The translations under genes and the position numbers were made by a program. The notes under the pieces are model-generated. The model was not told where the DNA came from, did no database searches, and saw nothing but the letters and a program-made list of their open reading frames with translations. From the NCBI GenBank assembly GCA_963810085.1, contig CAWEMR010000005.1, forward strand, positions 378,648 to 442,647: a stretch of DNA of 64,000 nt, written 5' to 3'. The stretch is from an uncultured Alphaproteobacteria bacterium. Its GTDB lineage: Bacteria > Pseudomonadota > Alphaproteobacteria > Rhizobiales > Xanthobacteraceae. This document shows positions 37,244 through 46,304 of this stretch, in pieces. Every line of letters starts with the position of its first letter. Position 1 is the first letter of the stretch.

Positions 37244-38218
37244 TCATGACATCGTAATGACGATCTTACCGAAATGTTGGTTGGCGCGCATCAGCGACAG
37301 CGCGTCGGCGATGGCGGCAAGCTTATAAGTTTTGTAGATCGGCAGCGACAATTTTCCGGCCTCTATCGCGGGCCACAGGTCCGCACGCATCAAGCGATTG
37401 ATCTCGCGGACTTCTTCGGCGCTGCGGGTGCGGAATGTCACACCGATATAGTCGATGCGCTTGAGCGCATGGAGGTCGAAATCGAACTCGCCCTTCATGC
37501 CGCCGAGGCGGCCGACATTGACGATACGGCCGAGCAACGCCGCCGCAGCCAGATTGCTGCTCGCAACACCGCCGGAGACCAGATCGACAATAAGGTTAAC
37601 GCCCTTACTATCGGTCGCCTTCTTGACCTGCTCGGGCCATGCCGGATCGGTGGTGTCGACGGCGACATCGCAGCCGTATTCAGTCAGCCGCGCCCGGCGT
37701 TCGGCATTCGTCGACGTCCCGATGACAAGCGACGCGCCCAGAACCTTAGCGATCTGCATGCCCATCAGGCCGACGCCGGCGCTGGCGCCCTGCATCAGCA
37801 TGGTCTCGCCGCGCTTGAGCCGCCCGGCCGTCGCCACTGCGTTATGCATGGTCTGTAGCGCGACCGGAAAGCAGGCCGCCTGTTCATAAGTCATGTTGTT
37901 GCCGGGGATGCGATGAACGCGTCCGGCATCGGTGACAACATATTCGGCGAAGCCGCCTGGCGCCGAGCTCATGACCCGGTCGCCCGCCTTGATATCCTTG
38001 ACCTCGCCGCCAACCGCCTCGACCTCGCCGGAGCATTCGAGCCCGATGCGCGCGCCGACGCCACCGACACTGCCGTGCTGGTGTCCCATTGCCACCAGCA
38101 AATCGGCGCGGTTGAGGCTCGAAGCTCGCACATGGATCAGAACTTCGTTCGGCTTGGGCTCGGGCTTTGGCAGGTCGCGCACCTCGACCCCGCTCTCGCC
38201 GACAACGGCGGCTTTCAT
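37244..38218 (-). CDS. NADPH:quinone oxidoreductase / zinc-type alcohol dehydrogenase-like (MDR family)
   Basis: 324 aa with a GroES-like N-terminal domain and a GASAGVG dinucleotide motif. Confidence 0.85.
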   Translation of the reverse strand: MKAAVVGESGVEVRDLPKPEPKPNEVLIHVRASSLNRADLLVAMGHQHGSVGGVGARIGLECSGEVEAVGGEVKDIKAGDRVMSSAPGGFAEYVVTDAGRVHRIPGNNMTYEQAACFPVALQTMHNAVATAGRLKRGETMLMQGASAGVGLMGMQIAKVLGASLVIGTSTNAERRARLTEYGCDVAVDTTDPAWPEQVKKATDSKGVNLIVDLVSGGVASSNLAAAALLGRIVNVGRLGGMKGEFDFDLHALKRIDYIGVTFRTRSAEEVREINRLMRADLWPAIEAGKLSLPIYKTYKLAAIADALSLMRANQHFGKIVITMS

Positions 38219-38397
38219 CTTGTCACTCTCCCTGACGCAGTCTCTTTAACGCAGGCGCAGAATATATGTTGCAGCACCGCGCCGTCCATCGGGCATTGCA
38301 GACCAGCATCGACAGCTGGCACGCTTACGCGGCACACGCGCCGTGCTACCATTCCCACCGTTTCTTCACATCACCTCACAACCGCAGCAAAATACCG

Positions 38398-39408
38398 ATG
38401 CAATTTGCAGCCCTCGCGACGACGAGCGTCGGAAGCTTTCCCCGTCCCAGCTGGCTCGCCGACACCCAACGCAGCGAGGCCACATTCCGGATGACGGGCG
38501 ATCCCCTCAAGGAGGCCTTGGACGACGCCACGGTCGTGGTTCTTCGCGAGCAGGAAGAACTGGGCCTCGACATCTTGACCGACGGCGAAATGCGGCGAAC
38601 GCATTTTATCTTTCACATCGCCGGCAAATGGGACGGCGTCGATAGCAAAACTCTGGTCAACAAAGCGGTCTATCGCAATCGCACCGCCAATCGCATGGTG
38701 CCGCGCATCACCGGCAAGATCGTGCGCCGCACCGCGGCATCGGTCGACGATCTGCGCATCGCCAAGTCGCATACCGACCGCCCGCTGAAAATGGCGGTGC
38801 CGGGGCCGATGACGGTCGCCGACAGCGCCGCAAACGAGTTCTACGGCAGCGAAGAGGAGCTTGCTTTTGACGCCGCGGCGGCGATCAACGGCGAGCTGCG
38901 CGACCTTCAAGCCGCCGGCTGCGACGTGCTGCAGATCGACGAGCCGGCGATGACGCGCTACCACGACAAAGTCGTCGCTTATGGTGCCAAGGCGCTCGAC
39001 CGCTGCCTCGAAGGCATCACCGTGCCGACCGTGGTTCATCTTTGCTACGGCTATCCGGGTGGCGGTTACCGGCAGCACCAATACGAATATGCGGACCTGT
39101 TGCCGCATCTGATGCAAACACGCATCAGCGGTTTCACCGTCGAATTCGGCCGCAGCGCCTTCGATCCGCAGGTGCTGAAAATATGCGGCGACCGCATCGT
39201 GATGTTCGGCTGCGTCGATCCGGGCGACTCGCCCCCGCCCACCGCCGATACGATCGAGCGCCGCGTCGGCGAAGCGCTCGAATGGCTCGATCCCCAGCAA
39301 ATATGGCTGGCGCCGGACTGTGGCCTGATGACCATCGGCCGCGCGCTGGCGCACCAAAAGCTACGGGCTATGGTGGAAGCCGCAAAGCGGCTGCGCGCCC
39401 GGCTTTAA
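38398..39408 (+). CDS. cobalamin-independent methionine synthase (MetE) C-terminal-domain-like protein
   Basis: The start was taken at M45 of ORF 38266..39408 (MQFAALATTSVGSFPRPSWL...). LQIDEPA, VHLCYGY and LAPDCGL are motifs of the MetE catalytic-domain family. There is no obvious SD. Confidence 0.7.
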   Translation: MQFAALATTSVGSFPRPSWLADTQRSEATFRMTGDPLKEALDDATVVVLREQEELGLDILTDGEMRRTHFIFHIAGKWDGVDSKTLVNKAVYRNRTANRMVPRITGKIVRRTAASVDDLRIAKSHTDRPLKMAVPGPMTVADSAANEFYGSEEELAFDAAAAINGELRDLQAAGCDVLQIDEPAMTRYHDKVVAYGAKALDRCLEGITVPTVVHLCYGYPGGGYRQHQYEYADLLPHLMQTRISGFTVEFGRSAFDPQVLKICGDRIVMFGCVDPGDSPPPTADTIERRVGEALEWLDPQQIWLAPDCGLMTIGRALAHQKLRAMVEAAKRLRARL

Positions 39409-39482
39409 GGGCCTAAGCTTCGGGTACCGCGGCGGCGTAATATCGTCTAAAGTGCTGGAATCGAGGTATAGCAAAAACGCCG

Positions 39483-41573
39483 ATGAACCAGCTCGTTCGC
39501 CCGCGCATCGTGGCTTCCGCCTGCCCGCACGATTGCCCGTCGACCTGCGCGCTCGAGGTCGAGGTTTTTGACGGCCGAACCATCGGCCGGGTGCGCGGCG
39601 CCGCTGACAATGCCTATACCGCCGGCGTGATCTGCGCCAAGGTCGCGCGTTACGCCGAGCGCGTCGAACATCCCGACCGTCTGACCAAGCCGCTGCGCCG
39701 CGTCGGCCCGAAAGGCAGCGGTGAATTCGCGGCGATAGCATGGGAGGACGCACTCGACATTGTCGCCGAGAATTTCATGCGCGCCGAAGAGAAGCACGGG
39801 CCGCAGGCGGTCTGGCCCTATCTCTATGCCGGCACGATGGGCTACGTCATGCGCGACGGCATTCATCGCCTGCGCCATGCCAAGAAATATTCCGGCTTCT
39901 TCTCGACCATCTGCGTCAACCCGGCCTGGACCGGATTCATCGCCGGCACCGGCAAGCTCGCCGGCACCGACCCGCGCGAAATGGCGAAGTCCGATCTGGT
40001 CGTGATCTGGGGCACCAATGCGGTGAACACCCAGGTCAATGTGATGACGCATGCGACGCGCGCCAGGAAGGACCGCGGCGCCAAGATCGCCGTCGTCGAC
40101 GTCTATATGAATTCGACGATGAAACAGGCCGATCTGCCGGTGCTAATCCGCCCCGGCACCGACGGGGCGCTGGCCTGCGCGGTGATGCACTGCCTGTTCC
40201 GCGACGGCAAAGGCGACTGGGACTATCTTGAGCGCTACACCGACGCGCCGCACGAATTGGCCGAACACGTACGCACGCGCGGCCCGGATTGGGCGTCAAA
40301 GATCACCGGTTGTGCCACGGAGACGATCGAAGCCTTCGCCCGTCTCGTTGGCGAGAGGCCGCGGGCCTATTACCGTCTCGGCTACGGCTTCTCCCGCTCC
40401 CGCAACGGCGCGGTCAATATGCACGCCGCAAGCTGCATTGCCGCCGTCATGGGCGCGTGGCGCTACGAAGGCGGCGGCGCCTTTCACAATAACGGTGCGA
40501 TCTTTCATCTCGACACCAGCCTGATCGACGGCAGCGACATCAAAGACCCGTCGATCCGCATGCTCGATCAATCGCGCATCGGGGCGATCCTGACCGGCGA
40601 TCAGGACGCGTTGTTCGGCGGCCCGCCGGTCACTGCGATGCTGATCCAGAACACCAATCCGATGGTGGTCGCGCCCGACCAGGACACCGTCAAGCGCGGC
40701 TTTGCCCGCGACGACCTGTTCGTCTGCGTGCACGAGCAGGTCATGACCGACACCGCGAAAATGGCGGACGTGGTTTTGCCCGCCACCATGTTCGTCGAGC
40801 ATGACGACATCTATACCGCCGGCGGCAGCCAATACATTCTGCTCGGCCCGAAACTGATCGAGCCGCGCGGCCAATGCCGCAACAATCACGAGGTGATCTG
40901 CGGGCTCGGCAAAAGATTGGGCGCGGAGCATCCGGGCTTTGACCTGACGCCGCGACAACTGATCGACGGTACGCTGCAAAAATCCGGCTGGGGCACACTT
41001 GCCGAGCTCGAAGCCAATCGCTGGATCGACTGCCAGCCGGATTTCGCGACCGCGCATTACCTCAAAGGCTTCGCCTATCCAGACGGCAAATTCCGCTTCA
41101 AGCCGGATTGGCCCAATGTGCCGTTTCGCCGCTGGCACCGGAACGTGACCGAGGCCGTACTGCCGGCGCTGCCTGATCATTGGGAGGTCATCGAGGAAGC
41201 CGACGCCGCGCATCCGTTCCGGCTGGCGACGTCGCCGGCGCGCGGCTTTCTCAATTCGACTTTTACCGAGACGCCGACCTCGCTCGCCACCGAGCGGCGG
41301 CCGGAAGTGATGATCCATCCCGACGACGCGGCGCCGCTCGGCATCGACAACGGCGACGCGGTCACGCTCGGCAATCGGCGCGGCGAAGTGCGCATCCACG
41401 CCAAGCTGTTTGACGGCGTGCGCCGCGGCGTGCTGATCGCGGAATCGATCTGGCCCAACTCAGCCTATGCCGACGGCCGCGGCATTAATACGCTCACCGG
41501 CGCCGATTCGATCGCGCCATTCGGCGGCGCGGCGTTTCACGATAATAAGGTGTGGGTGCGGAAGAACCGCTAA
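39483..41573 (+). CDS. molybdopterin (bis-MGD) oxidoreductase, unknown substrate
   Basis: 696 aa. N-terminal Fe-S Cys motif ACPHDCPSTCALEV, MopB-type core, and a C-terminal beta-barrel domain (HPDDAAPLGIDNGDAVTLGNRRGEV). There is no Tat signal. Confidence 0.85.
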   Translation: MNQLVRPRIVASACPHDCPSTCALEVEVFDGRTIGRVRGAADNAYTAGVICAKVARYAERVEHPDRLTKPLRRVGPKGSGEFAAIAWEDALDIVAENFMRAEEKHGPQAVWPYLYAGTMGYVMRDGIHRLRHAKKYSGFFSTICVNPAWTGFIAGTGKLAGTDPREMAKSDLVVIWGTNAVNTQVNVMTHATRARKDRGAKIAVVDVYMNSTMKQADLPVLIRPGTDGALACAVMHCLFRDGKGDWDYLERYTDAPHELAEHVRTRGPDWASKITGCATETIEAFARLVGERPRAYYRLGYGFSRSRNGAVNMHAASCIAAVMGAWRYEGGGAFHNNGAIFHLDTSLIDGSDIKDPSIRMLDQSRIGAILTGDQDALFGGPPVTAMLIQNTNPMVVAPDQDTVKRGFARDDLFVCVHEQVMTDTAKMADVVLPATMFVEHDDIYTAGGSQYILLGPKLIEPRGQCRNNHEVICGLGKRLGAEHPGFDLTPRQLIDGTLQKSGWGTLAELEANRWIDCQPDFATAHYLKGFAYPDGKFRFKPDWPNVPFRRWHRNVTEAVLPALPDHWEVIEEADAAHPFRLATSPARGFLNSTFTETPTSLATERRPEVMIHPDDAAPLGIDNGDAVTLGNRRGEVRIHAKLFDGVRRGVLIAESIWPNSAYADGRGINTLTGADSIAPFGGAAFHDNKVWVRKNR

Positions 41574-41578
41574 TCCGC

Positions 41579-41730
41579 TCAGCAGCAATTGGCCGCGGAA
41601 GACTGCAAGGTCTGAAGGATCATGATTCCTCCTGCCGCACCGCCGGCTGCTCGATCGCTTCATCGGAGACGTCATAGGTAAGGACTTCTGTGTCGGCCTG
41701 ATCGCTATGTTCCTTGGCGAGGTCGTTCAT
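41579..41730 (-). other. two overlapping small ORFs (36 aa and 14 aa), possibly one frameshifted small-peptide gene
   Basis: ORF-a 41620..41730 is MNDLAKEHSDQADTEVLTYDVSDEAIEQPAVRQEES. ORF-b 41579..41623 is MILQTLQSSAANCC, with GGAGGAA just upstream and an ATGA overlap. Entering ORF-b's frame at ...AIE gives AAGGAAGGIMILQTLQSSAANCC. Confidence 0.3.
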
Positions 41731-41752
41731 AACATTGAGACCGCGAAGCTCT

Positions 41753-42190
41753 TCAGGTCGCACGGGGCGGCAACCGCAGCGGCATCGCATCCGACGGCAC
41801 GATCGCCTTGCCGATCGGCCATAACGCTATGCCGGCAAGCTTCAAATGCGCCCAGGCGAAGGGGATGCCGACGATGGTGACGGCCAGCAGCACGGCCGTG
41901 ATCAGATGCGCCAGCGCCAGCCACCAGCCCGCCAGCACCAGCCAGATAATATTGCCCAGAAGCCCGAATGGGCCGGTGCCGATGTCGTGGCCGGAATATT
42001 CGGCGCGCGACACAGCCTTCCGGCCGAATGGTAACAGCGTATAGGACGCGATGTTGAAGGCTGAAAAGGCCCACGGCAGGCCGATAATGGTGATCGCCAT
42101 GATGACGGCCGCAATCAGCCAGCCGACCGCCATCCACAGGCCGCCGAAGACAATCCAAAGAACGTTGAGCAACAACGATAACGGTCTCAT
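41753..42190 (-). CDS. YccF-domain inner membrane protein
   Basis: 145 aa with a duplicated YccF motif (NVLWIVFGGLWMAVGWL...TIIGLPWA / NIIWLVLAGWWLALAHL...TIVGIPFA). Confidence 0.85.
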   Translation of the reverse strand: MRPLSLLLNVLWIVFGGLWMAVGWLIAAVIMAITIIGLPWAFSAFNIASYTLLPFGRKAVSRAEYSGHDIGTGPFGLLGNIIWLVLAGWWLALAHLITAVLLAVTIVGIPFAWAHLKLAGIALWPIGKAIVPSDAMPLRLPPRAT

Positions 42191-42257
42191 CTCGCTCCTA
42201 TTTCATGGCGCACCCTATCTAGGCCGGCTGGACGCGGGTTCAATGGCGCCGGACAAA

Positions 42258-43037
42258 TTAATCGAACAGCGCCACCGCCCGCGTCCAGCCGGCCGAACCG
42301 GCTTTCACCTTGTAGGGAAAGCAGGCCACGGTGAAACCGTGGTCGGGGAGTTGTTCGAGATTGCACAATTTCTCCATGTGGCAATACGGAATCTCGCGTC
42401 CGGCCTTGTGGCCCTCCCAGATGATCGACGGATCGTGCGTCTTCAGCCAGCGCTCGCGCGTATGCGAGAACGGCACGTCCCAGCCCCAGGCATCGATGCC
42501 GGCGACGCGCACGCCGCGTGACGTCAGATAAAGCGTCGCCTCGCGGCCCATGCCGCAGCCAGCGGTCAGATATTCCTCGGTGCCGATCAAGCTCGACGCC
42601 CGCGTATTGACCAGCACAATATCGAACGGCTTGAGCTCGTGCCCGATGCGCTTCAGCTCGGCCTCGACCTCGGCCGCCGTGACGACGTGCCCGTCGGGCA
42701 CTTTGCGGAAATCGAGCTTGACGCCGGGGCGGAAGAACCAATCGAGCGGCACCTGATCTATGGTCATCATCGGCTTGCCGTCGATGGTCTTCGAGTGGAA
42801 GTGAATCGGCGCGTCCATATGCGTGCCGTTATGCGTGGTGAGCTGGATCTGCTCGATGGCCCAGCCTTCGCCGTCGGGCAAATCCTCCTTGCGGAGACCC
42901 GGAAACAGCTCGACCAGCAGCGGCGCGGTCTCGGCATTGCTGACATATTGGATCTTCGGCCGCATGAACGGCGGATCGTAGACCGTTTCATTTTCGAGCG
43001 GCGACGACAGATCGACGATTCGGCTGGGCAGTTTCAT
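42258..43037 (-). CDS. cyclase-family protein (kynurenine-formamidase-like metallohydrolase fold)
   Basis: 259 aa with TTHNGTHMDAPIHF and DAWGWD motifs. Its ATG overlaps the stop of the upstream hydrolase gene (ATGA). Confidence 0.8.
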   Translation of the reverse strand: MKLPSRIVDLSSPLENETVYDPPFMRPKIQYVSNAETAPLLVELFPGLRKEDLPDGEGWAIEQIQLTTHNGTHMDAPIHFHSKTIDGKPMMTIDQVPLDWFFRPGVKLDFRKVPDGHVVTAAEVEAELKRIGHELKPFDIVLVNTRASSLIGTEEYLTAGCGMGREATLYLTSRGVRVAGIDAWGWDVPFSHTRERWLKTHDPSIIWEGHKAGREIPYCHMEKLCNLEQLPDHGFTVACFPYKVKAGSAGWTRAVALFD

Positions 43038-43729
43038 GGCTTCCCCGTTGGCGTTTGCGCGGCTTGCGGCTTTTTTTTCGCTTTCGGCTTGCCGCCCTTG
43101 CGGGCCGCGGCGACGTCCTTGTTGACGATGTCGGCGATCTTGGCGATGACCTCGGCGTGCAGCCGATGCGACTTGTCGATCGTCACATGCGACAGGCTGG
43201 TGTCGGCAGTCAGGTCGACATTACTGAGTTCGCCGACGAATCCCGGACCGGGGCTGATTTGCTTGCCAAATCCGTTGTTCTGATAAAAATTCACCAAATG
43301 GCGAACATTGCCGGGCACCTGATGCGGATGCGTAGCGTCGAAAGTCACGATCAGATCGACCGGAACATTCGACCTGGCGAGCGCTTGGGCGATTTGCAGC
43401 GTAGCGTCGGCACCGAGCGAATGGCCGATGAGGACGACCATGTCCCTGTTGCCGCGCGCATATCGGTCGGCAATGTGCCGCGCCACCGCTTGCCATTGGC
43501 CATGACTGTAACCGCGCGCGACATAGCCCTGGCGATTGAGCTTCTCGGTCAGCGTGTCCATACCGCGCGAGAAAATATCGGCGAGACCGCGAAACAAATC
43601 GACCTGGACCTGCCGCGGCGCGAGCGCCGGCTTGGCCTTGCTTTGGGCGGAGGCATGACCCCCGGTGGCGAACAAGGCGACGGCGCTGCAAATCGCAACG
43701 GCCGTTATTGAGCGGCGAAACGCAATCAT
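43034..43729 (-). CDS. secreted alpha/beta-hydrolase (lipase-like, GHSLG) with a Lys-rich tail
   Basis: The start was taken at M7 of ORF 43034..43747. Signal peptide (AICSAVALFATGGHASA), nucleophile elbow LIGHSLGAD, and the C-terminus KGGKPKAKKKPQAAQ. Confidence 0.7.
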   Translation of the reverse strand: MIAFRRSITAVAICSAVALFATGGHASAQSKAKPALAPRQVQVDLFRGLADIFSRGMDTLTEKLNRQGYVARGYSHGQWQAVARHIADRYARGNRDMVVLIGHSLGADATLQIAQALARSNVPVDLIVTFDATHPHQVPGNVRHLVNFYQNNGFGKQISPGPGFVGELSNVDLTADTSLSHVTIDKSHRLHAEVIAKIADIVNKDVAAARKGGKPKAKKKPQAAQTPTGKP

Positions 43730-43828
43730 GATCCCAGCCTCTCGCACAGAACGACGTTATTTGCAGGAAAACCGATGCCTGTGCGAAGATTATACCGTCC
43801 ACCCATGCTGGGGAAAAAGGGGGCGTAT

Positions 43829-44818
43829 ATGATCCTGGTCACCGGCGCCAGCGGCTTCATCGGTTCGGCGGTCGCCCGCCAACTGGCGCAGGCCGGAGAA
43901 CAGGTGCGCGTCCTGGTGCGATCCACCAGTTCGCGCGTCAATCTCGCCGATCCGCGGCTCGACGTCGTACCAGGCGATTTGCTGGACGCAGCTTCGCTCG
44001 AACGGGCGATGCAAAACGTCCGCACGCTCTTTCACGTGGCCGCCGATTACCGGCTGTGGGCGCGCGACGACAGCGAAATCATCCGTACCAATGTCGACGG
44101 CACGCGCTCGCTGATGGATGCGGCCAAGCGTTCGGGCGTCGAGCGGATCGTCTATACGTCGAGCGTCGCGACGCTGAAGGCCCAGCCGAACGGCGCGCCG
44201 AGCGCCGAAACATTTCCGCTCGATGCCGCATCGGCCGTCGGCGCTTACAAATACAGCAAAGTCGTCGCTGAACGCATGGTCGAACAGATGGCGGCGGAAC
44301 AGAGCCTGCCGGTGGTCATCGTCAATCCGTCGACCCCGATCGGCCCGGGTGATGTGCGGCCGACGCCGACCGGGCGCATCATCGTCGAAGCGGCCTCGGG
44401 CCGCATGCCCGCGTTCGTCGATACCGGCCTCAACCTCGTCCATGTCGAGGACGTTGCCGCAGGCCACATAGCGGCCTGGCGCAAAGGCCGCATCGGCGAA
44501 CGTTATATTCTCGGCGGGCAGGACGTGCTTCTCGGCGACATGCTCGCTGATATCGCGCGCTTTGTCGGCCGCGCGCCGCCCAAGCTGCGCATCCCGCGCC
44601 GGCTGATCTTTCCGATTGCCTATGGCGCTGAAGCGATCGCGCATTTCACCGGCAAGGAGCCGTTCGTCACCACCACCGGGCTGAAGCTCGCCAAGGACCG
44701 GATGTTCTTCACGTCGGCCAAGGCCGAGCGCGAGCTCGGCTATCGCGCGCGCCCGTATACCGAAGCAATCGCCGACGCCATCACCTGGTTCCGGCAGAAC
44801 GGCTATCTCAAAGCTTAA
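43829..44818 (+). CDS. hpnA: hopanoid-associated sugar epimerase/dehydratase-family protein
   Basis: The start was taken at M19 of ORF 43775..44818, with AAGGGGG upstream. VTGASGFIGSAV Rossmann fold, FHVAADYRLWA, YKYSK, and the hpn gene neighbourhood. Confidence 0.75.
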   Translation: MILVTGASGFIGSAVARQLAQAGEQVRVLVRSTSSRVNLADPRLDVVPGDLLDAASLERAMQNVRTLFHVAADYRLWARDDSEIIRTNVDGTRSLMDAAKRSGVERIVYTSSVATLKAQPNGAPSAETFPLDAASAVGAYKYSKVVAERMVEQMAAEQSLPVVIVNPSTPIGPGDVRPTPTGRIIVEAASGRMPAFVDTGLNLVHVEDVAAGHIAAWRKGRIGERYILGGQDVLLGDMLADIARFVGRAPPKLRIPRRLIFPIAYGAEAIAHFTGKEPFVTTTGLKLAKDRMFFTSAKAERELGYRARPYTEAIADAITWFRQNGYLKA

Positions 44819-44834
44819 AGCTGGATTTCTGTTT

Positions 44835-44882
44835 GAGCATGATCTTATCCGAAAACCGGTTCCCACTTTTCGGGATCATGCC
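44835..44882. repeat. nested palindromic intergenic repeat, copy 2
   Basis: GAGCATGATCTTATCCGAAAACCGGTTCCCACTTTTCGGGATCATGCC(C). It has the same orientation as copy 1 and about 5 mismatches over 49 nt. It fills the spacer between convergent hpnA and hpnJ and abuts the hpnJ stop codon. Confidence 0.8.
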
Positions 44883-46304
44883 CTACTGCACCGTCTCACG
44901 CCGTGCGCGCAGGAAGTGGAAGAATTCGACGCCCTCGCGCAGGCGGCGCACCAGCATGTCGCGGCTGGTCAGCATCTCGCGCACGATCTCGGCGATCTTG
45001 GACGGGCGGAAATAGAACTTCTTGTAGAACTCCTCCACCGAGTCGAAGATCTCGGTGTGGCCGAGATGCGGGTAATTGAGCGGCGCAATCTGCGTGCCGT
45101 CGTCGGTGAGCAGGTCGACGTCGGAGGCGAACCAGCCGTTCTCCTTGGCCTGCTTGTAGAGGAAAGTGCCCGGATAGGGCGCGGCTAGCGACACCTGCAG
45201 CGTGCGCGGGTTCACGTCCTTGGCGAACTGCAGCGTCTCCTTGATCGTCTCGCGCGTCTCGCCCGGCAAACCCAGAATGAAGGTGCCGTGCACGATGATG
45301 CCGAGCTCGCGGCAGTCCTTGGAGAAGCGGCGCGCAACGTCGACCAGCACGCCTTTTTTGATGTTGTGCAGGATCTTCTGGTTGCCGGATTCGTAGCCGA
45401 CGAGGAGAAGGCGCAGGCCATTCGCCTTCATCACTTCGAGCGTCTTGCGCGGCACATTGGCCTTGGCGTTGCACGACCAGATGACGCCGAGCGGGCCGAG
45501 CGCGCGGGCGAGCGCTTCGACGCGCGGATGATCGTCGGTCAGCGTGTCGTCGTCGAAGAAAATTTCCCTGACCTGGGGAAATTCCTTCATGACGTATTTG
45601 ACGTCTTCGACCACGCGTTCGATCGACATGGCGCGGTATTTGTGCCCGCCGATGGTCTGCGGCCACAGGCAGAACGTGCAGCGCGATTTGCAGCCGCGGC
45701 CGGTATACCAGCTCATATAGGGGTGCTGGAGATAGCCGCCGAAATAGTTCTCGACCTTGAGCTGCCGGTAGATCGGGAGGACCGACGGCAGCTGGTCCAT
45801 GTCCATCAGGACTTCACGCTCAGGGTTATGAATAATCCCGCCGTCCGGCCCGCGATAGGAGAGACCCTTGATGGTCGACCAGTCGGCGCCGTCGGCGAGC
45901 TCCTTGATGGTGAACTCGTATTCGTTGCGACAGACGAAATCGATCGCCGGCGCGGCTTGCAGGCTTTCCTGCGGCTCGACCGCGACCTTGGCGCCGATGA
46001 AGCCGATCTTGGCCGCGGGGTTGATCGCGCGGATCATGCCGGCGGTCTTCACGTCGGACTTGAAGCTCGGCGTCGAGGTGTGGATGACGATGAAGTCGTG
46101 CGACTTCACGTCGTCTTCGATGTCCTCGAGGGTCAGCTGGTGCGGCGGCGCGTCGATGATCTTGGAGCCGGGCACCATGGCGGCGGCCTGCGCCAGCCAG
46201 GTCGGGAACCAGAACGACTTCACCTCGCGCTTCATCTGGTAGCGCGCGCCGGCTCCGCCATCGTACCCGTCGAACGAAGGCGCTTGAAGAAACAGACTAC
46301 GCAT
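44883..46304 (-). CDS. hpnJ: hopanoid biosynthesis-associated B12-binding radical SAM protein
   Basis: 473 aa with the CxxxCxxC motif (GRGCKSRCTFCLWP), an N-terminal B12-binding-like domain, and hpnI immediately upstream with an 8-nt overlap. Confidence 0.8.
   Translation of the reverse strand: MRSLFLQAPSFDGYDGGAGARYQMKREVKSFWFPTWLAQAAAMVPGSKIIDAPPHQLTLEDIEDDVKSHDFIVIHTSTPSFKSDVKTAGMIRAINPAAKIGFIGAKVAVEPQESLQAAPAIDFVCRNEYEFTIKELADGADWSTIKGLSYRGPDGGIIHNPEREVLMDMDQLPSVLPIYRQLKVENYFGGYLQHPYMSWYTGRGCKSRCTFCLWPQTIGGHKYRAMSIERVVEDVKYVMKEFPQVREIFFDDDTLTDDHPRVEALARALGPLGVIWSCNAKANVPRKTLEVMKANGLRLLLVGYESGNQKILHNIKKGVLVDVARRFSKDCRELGIIVHGTFILGLPGETRETIKETLQFAKDVNPRTLQVSLAAPYPGTFLYKQAKENGWFASDVDLLTDDGTQIAPLNYPHLGHTEIFDSVEEFYKKFYFRPSKIAEIVREMLTSRDMLVRRLREGVEFFHFLRARRETVQ

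Noticed and set aside
37128-37247. Lys-rich 40-codon N-terminal extension of the NUDIX gene, whose ATG overlaps the qor stop in ATGA
   Set aside because: The extension has low third-position GC (many AAA, ACA, CTT and TAT-type codons), unlike every real gene here. The Nudix fold starts right after the internal ATG. I kept the shorter model but flagged the start as uncertain.
38219-38397. Riboswitch or sigma-54 promoter in the leader of the MetE-like gene
   Set aside because: I saw no B12-box-like or SAM-II-like conserved core. The TGGCAC at about 38318 is followed by GC one position too early for the -24/-12 spacing.
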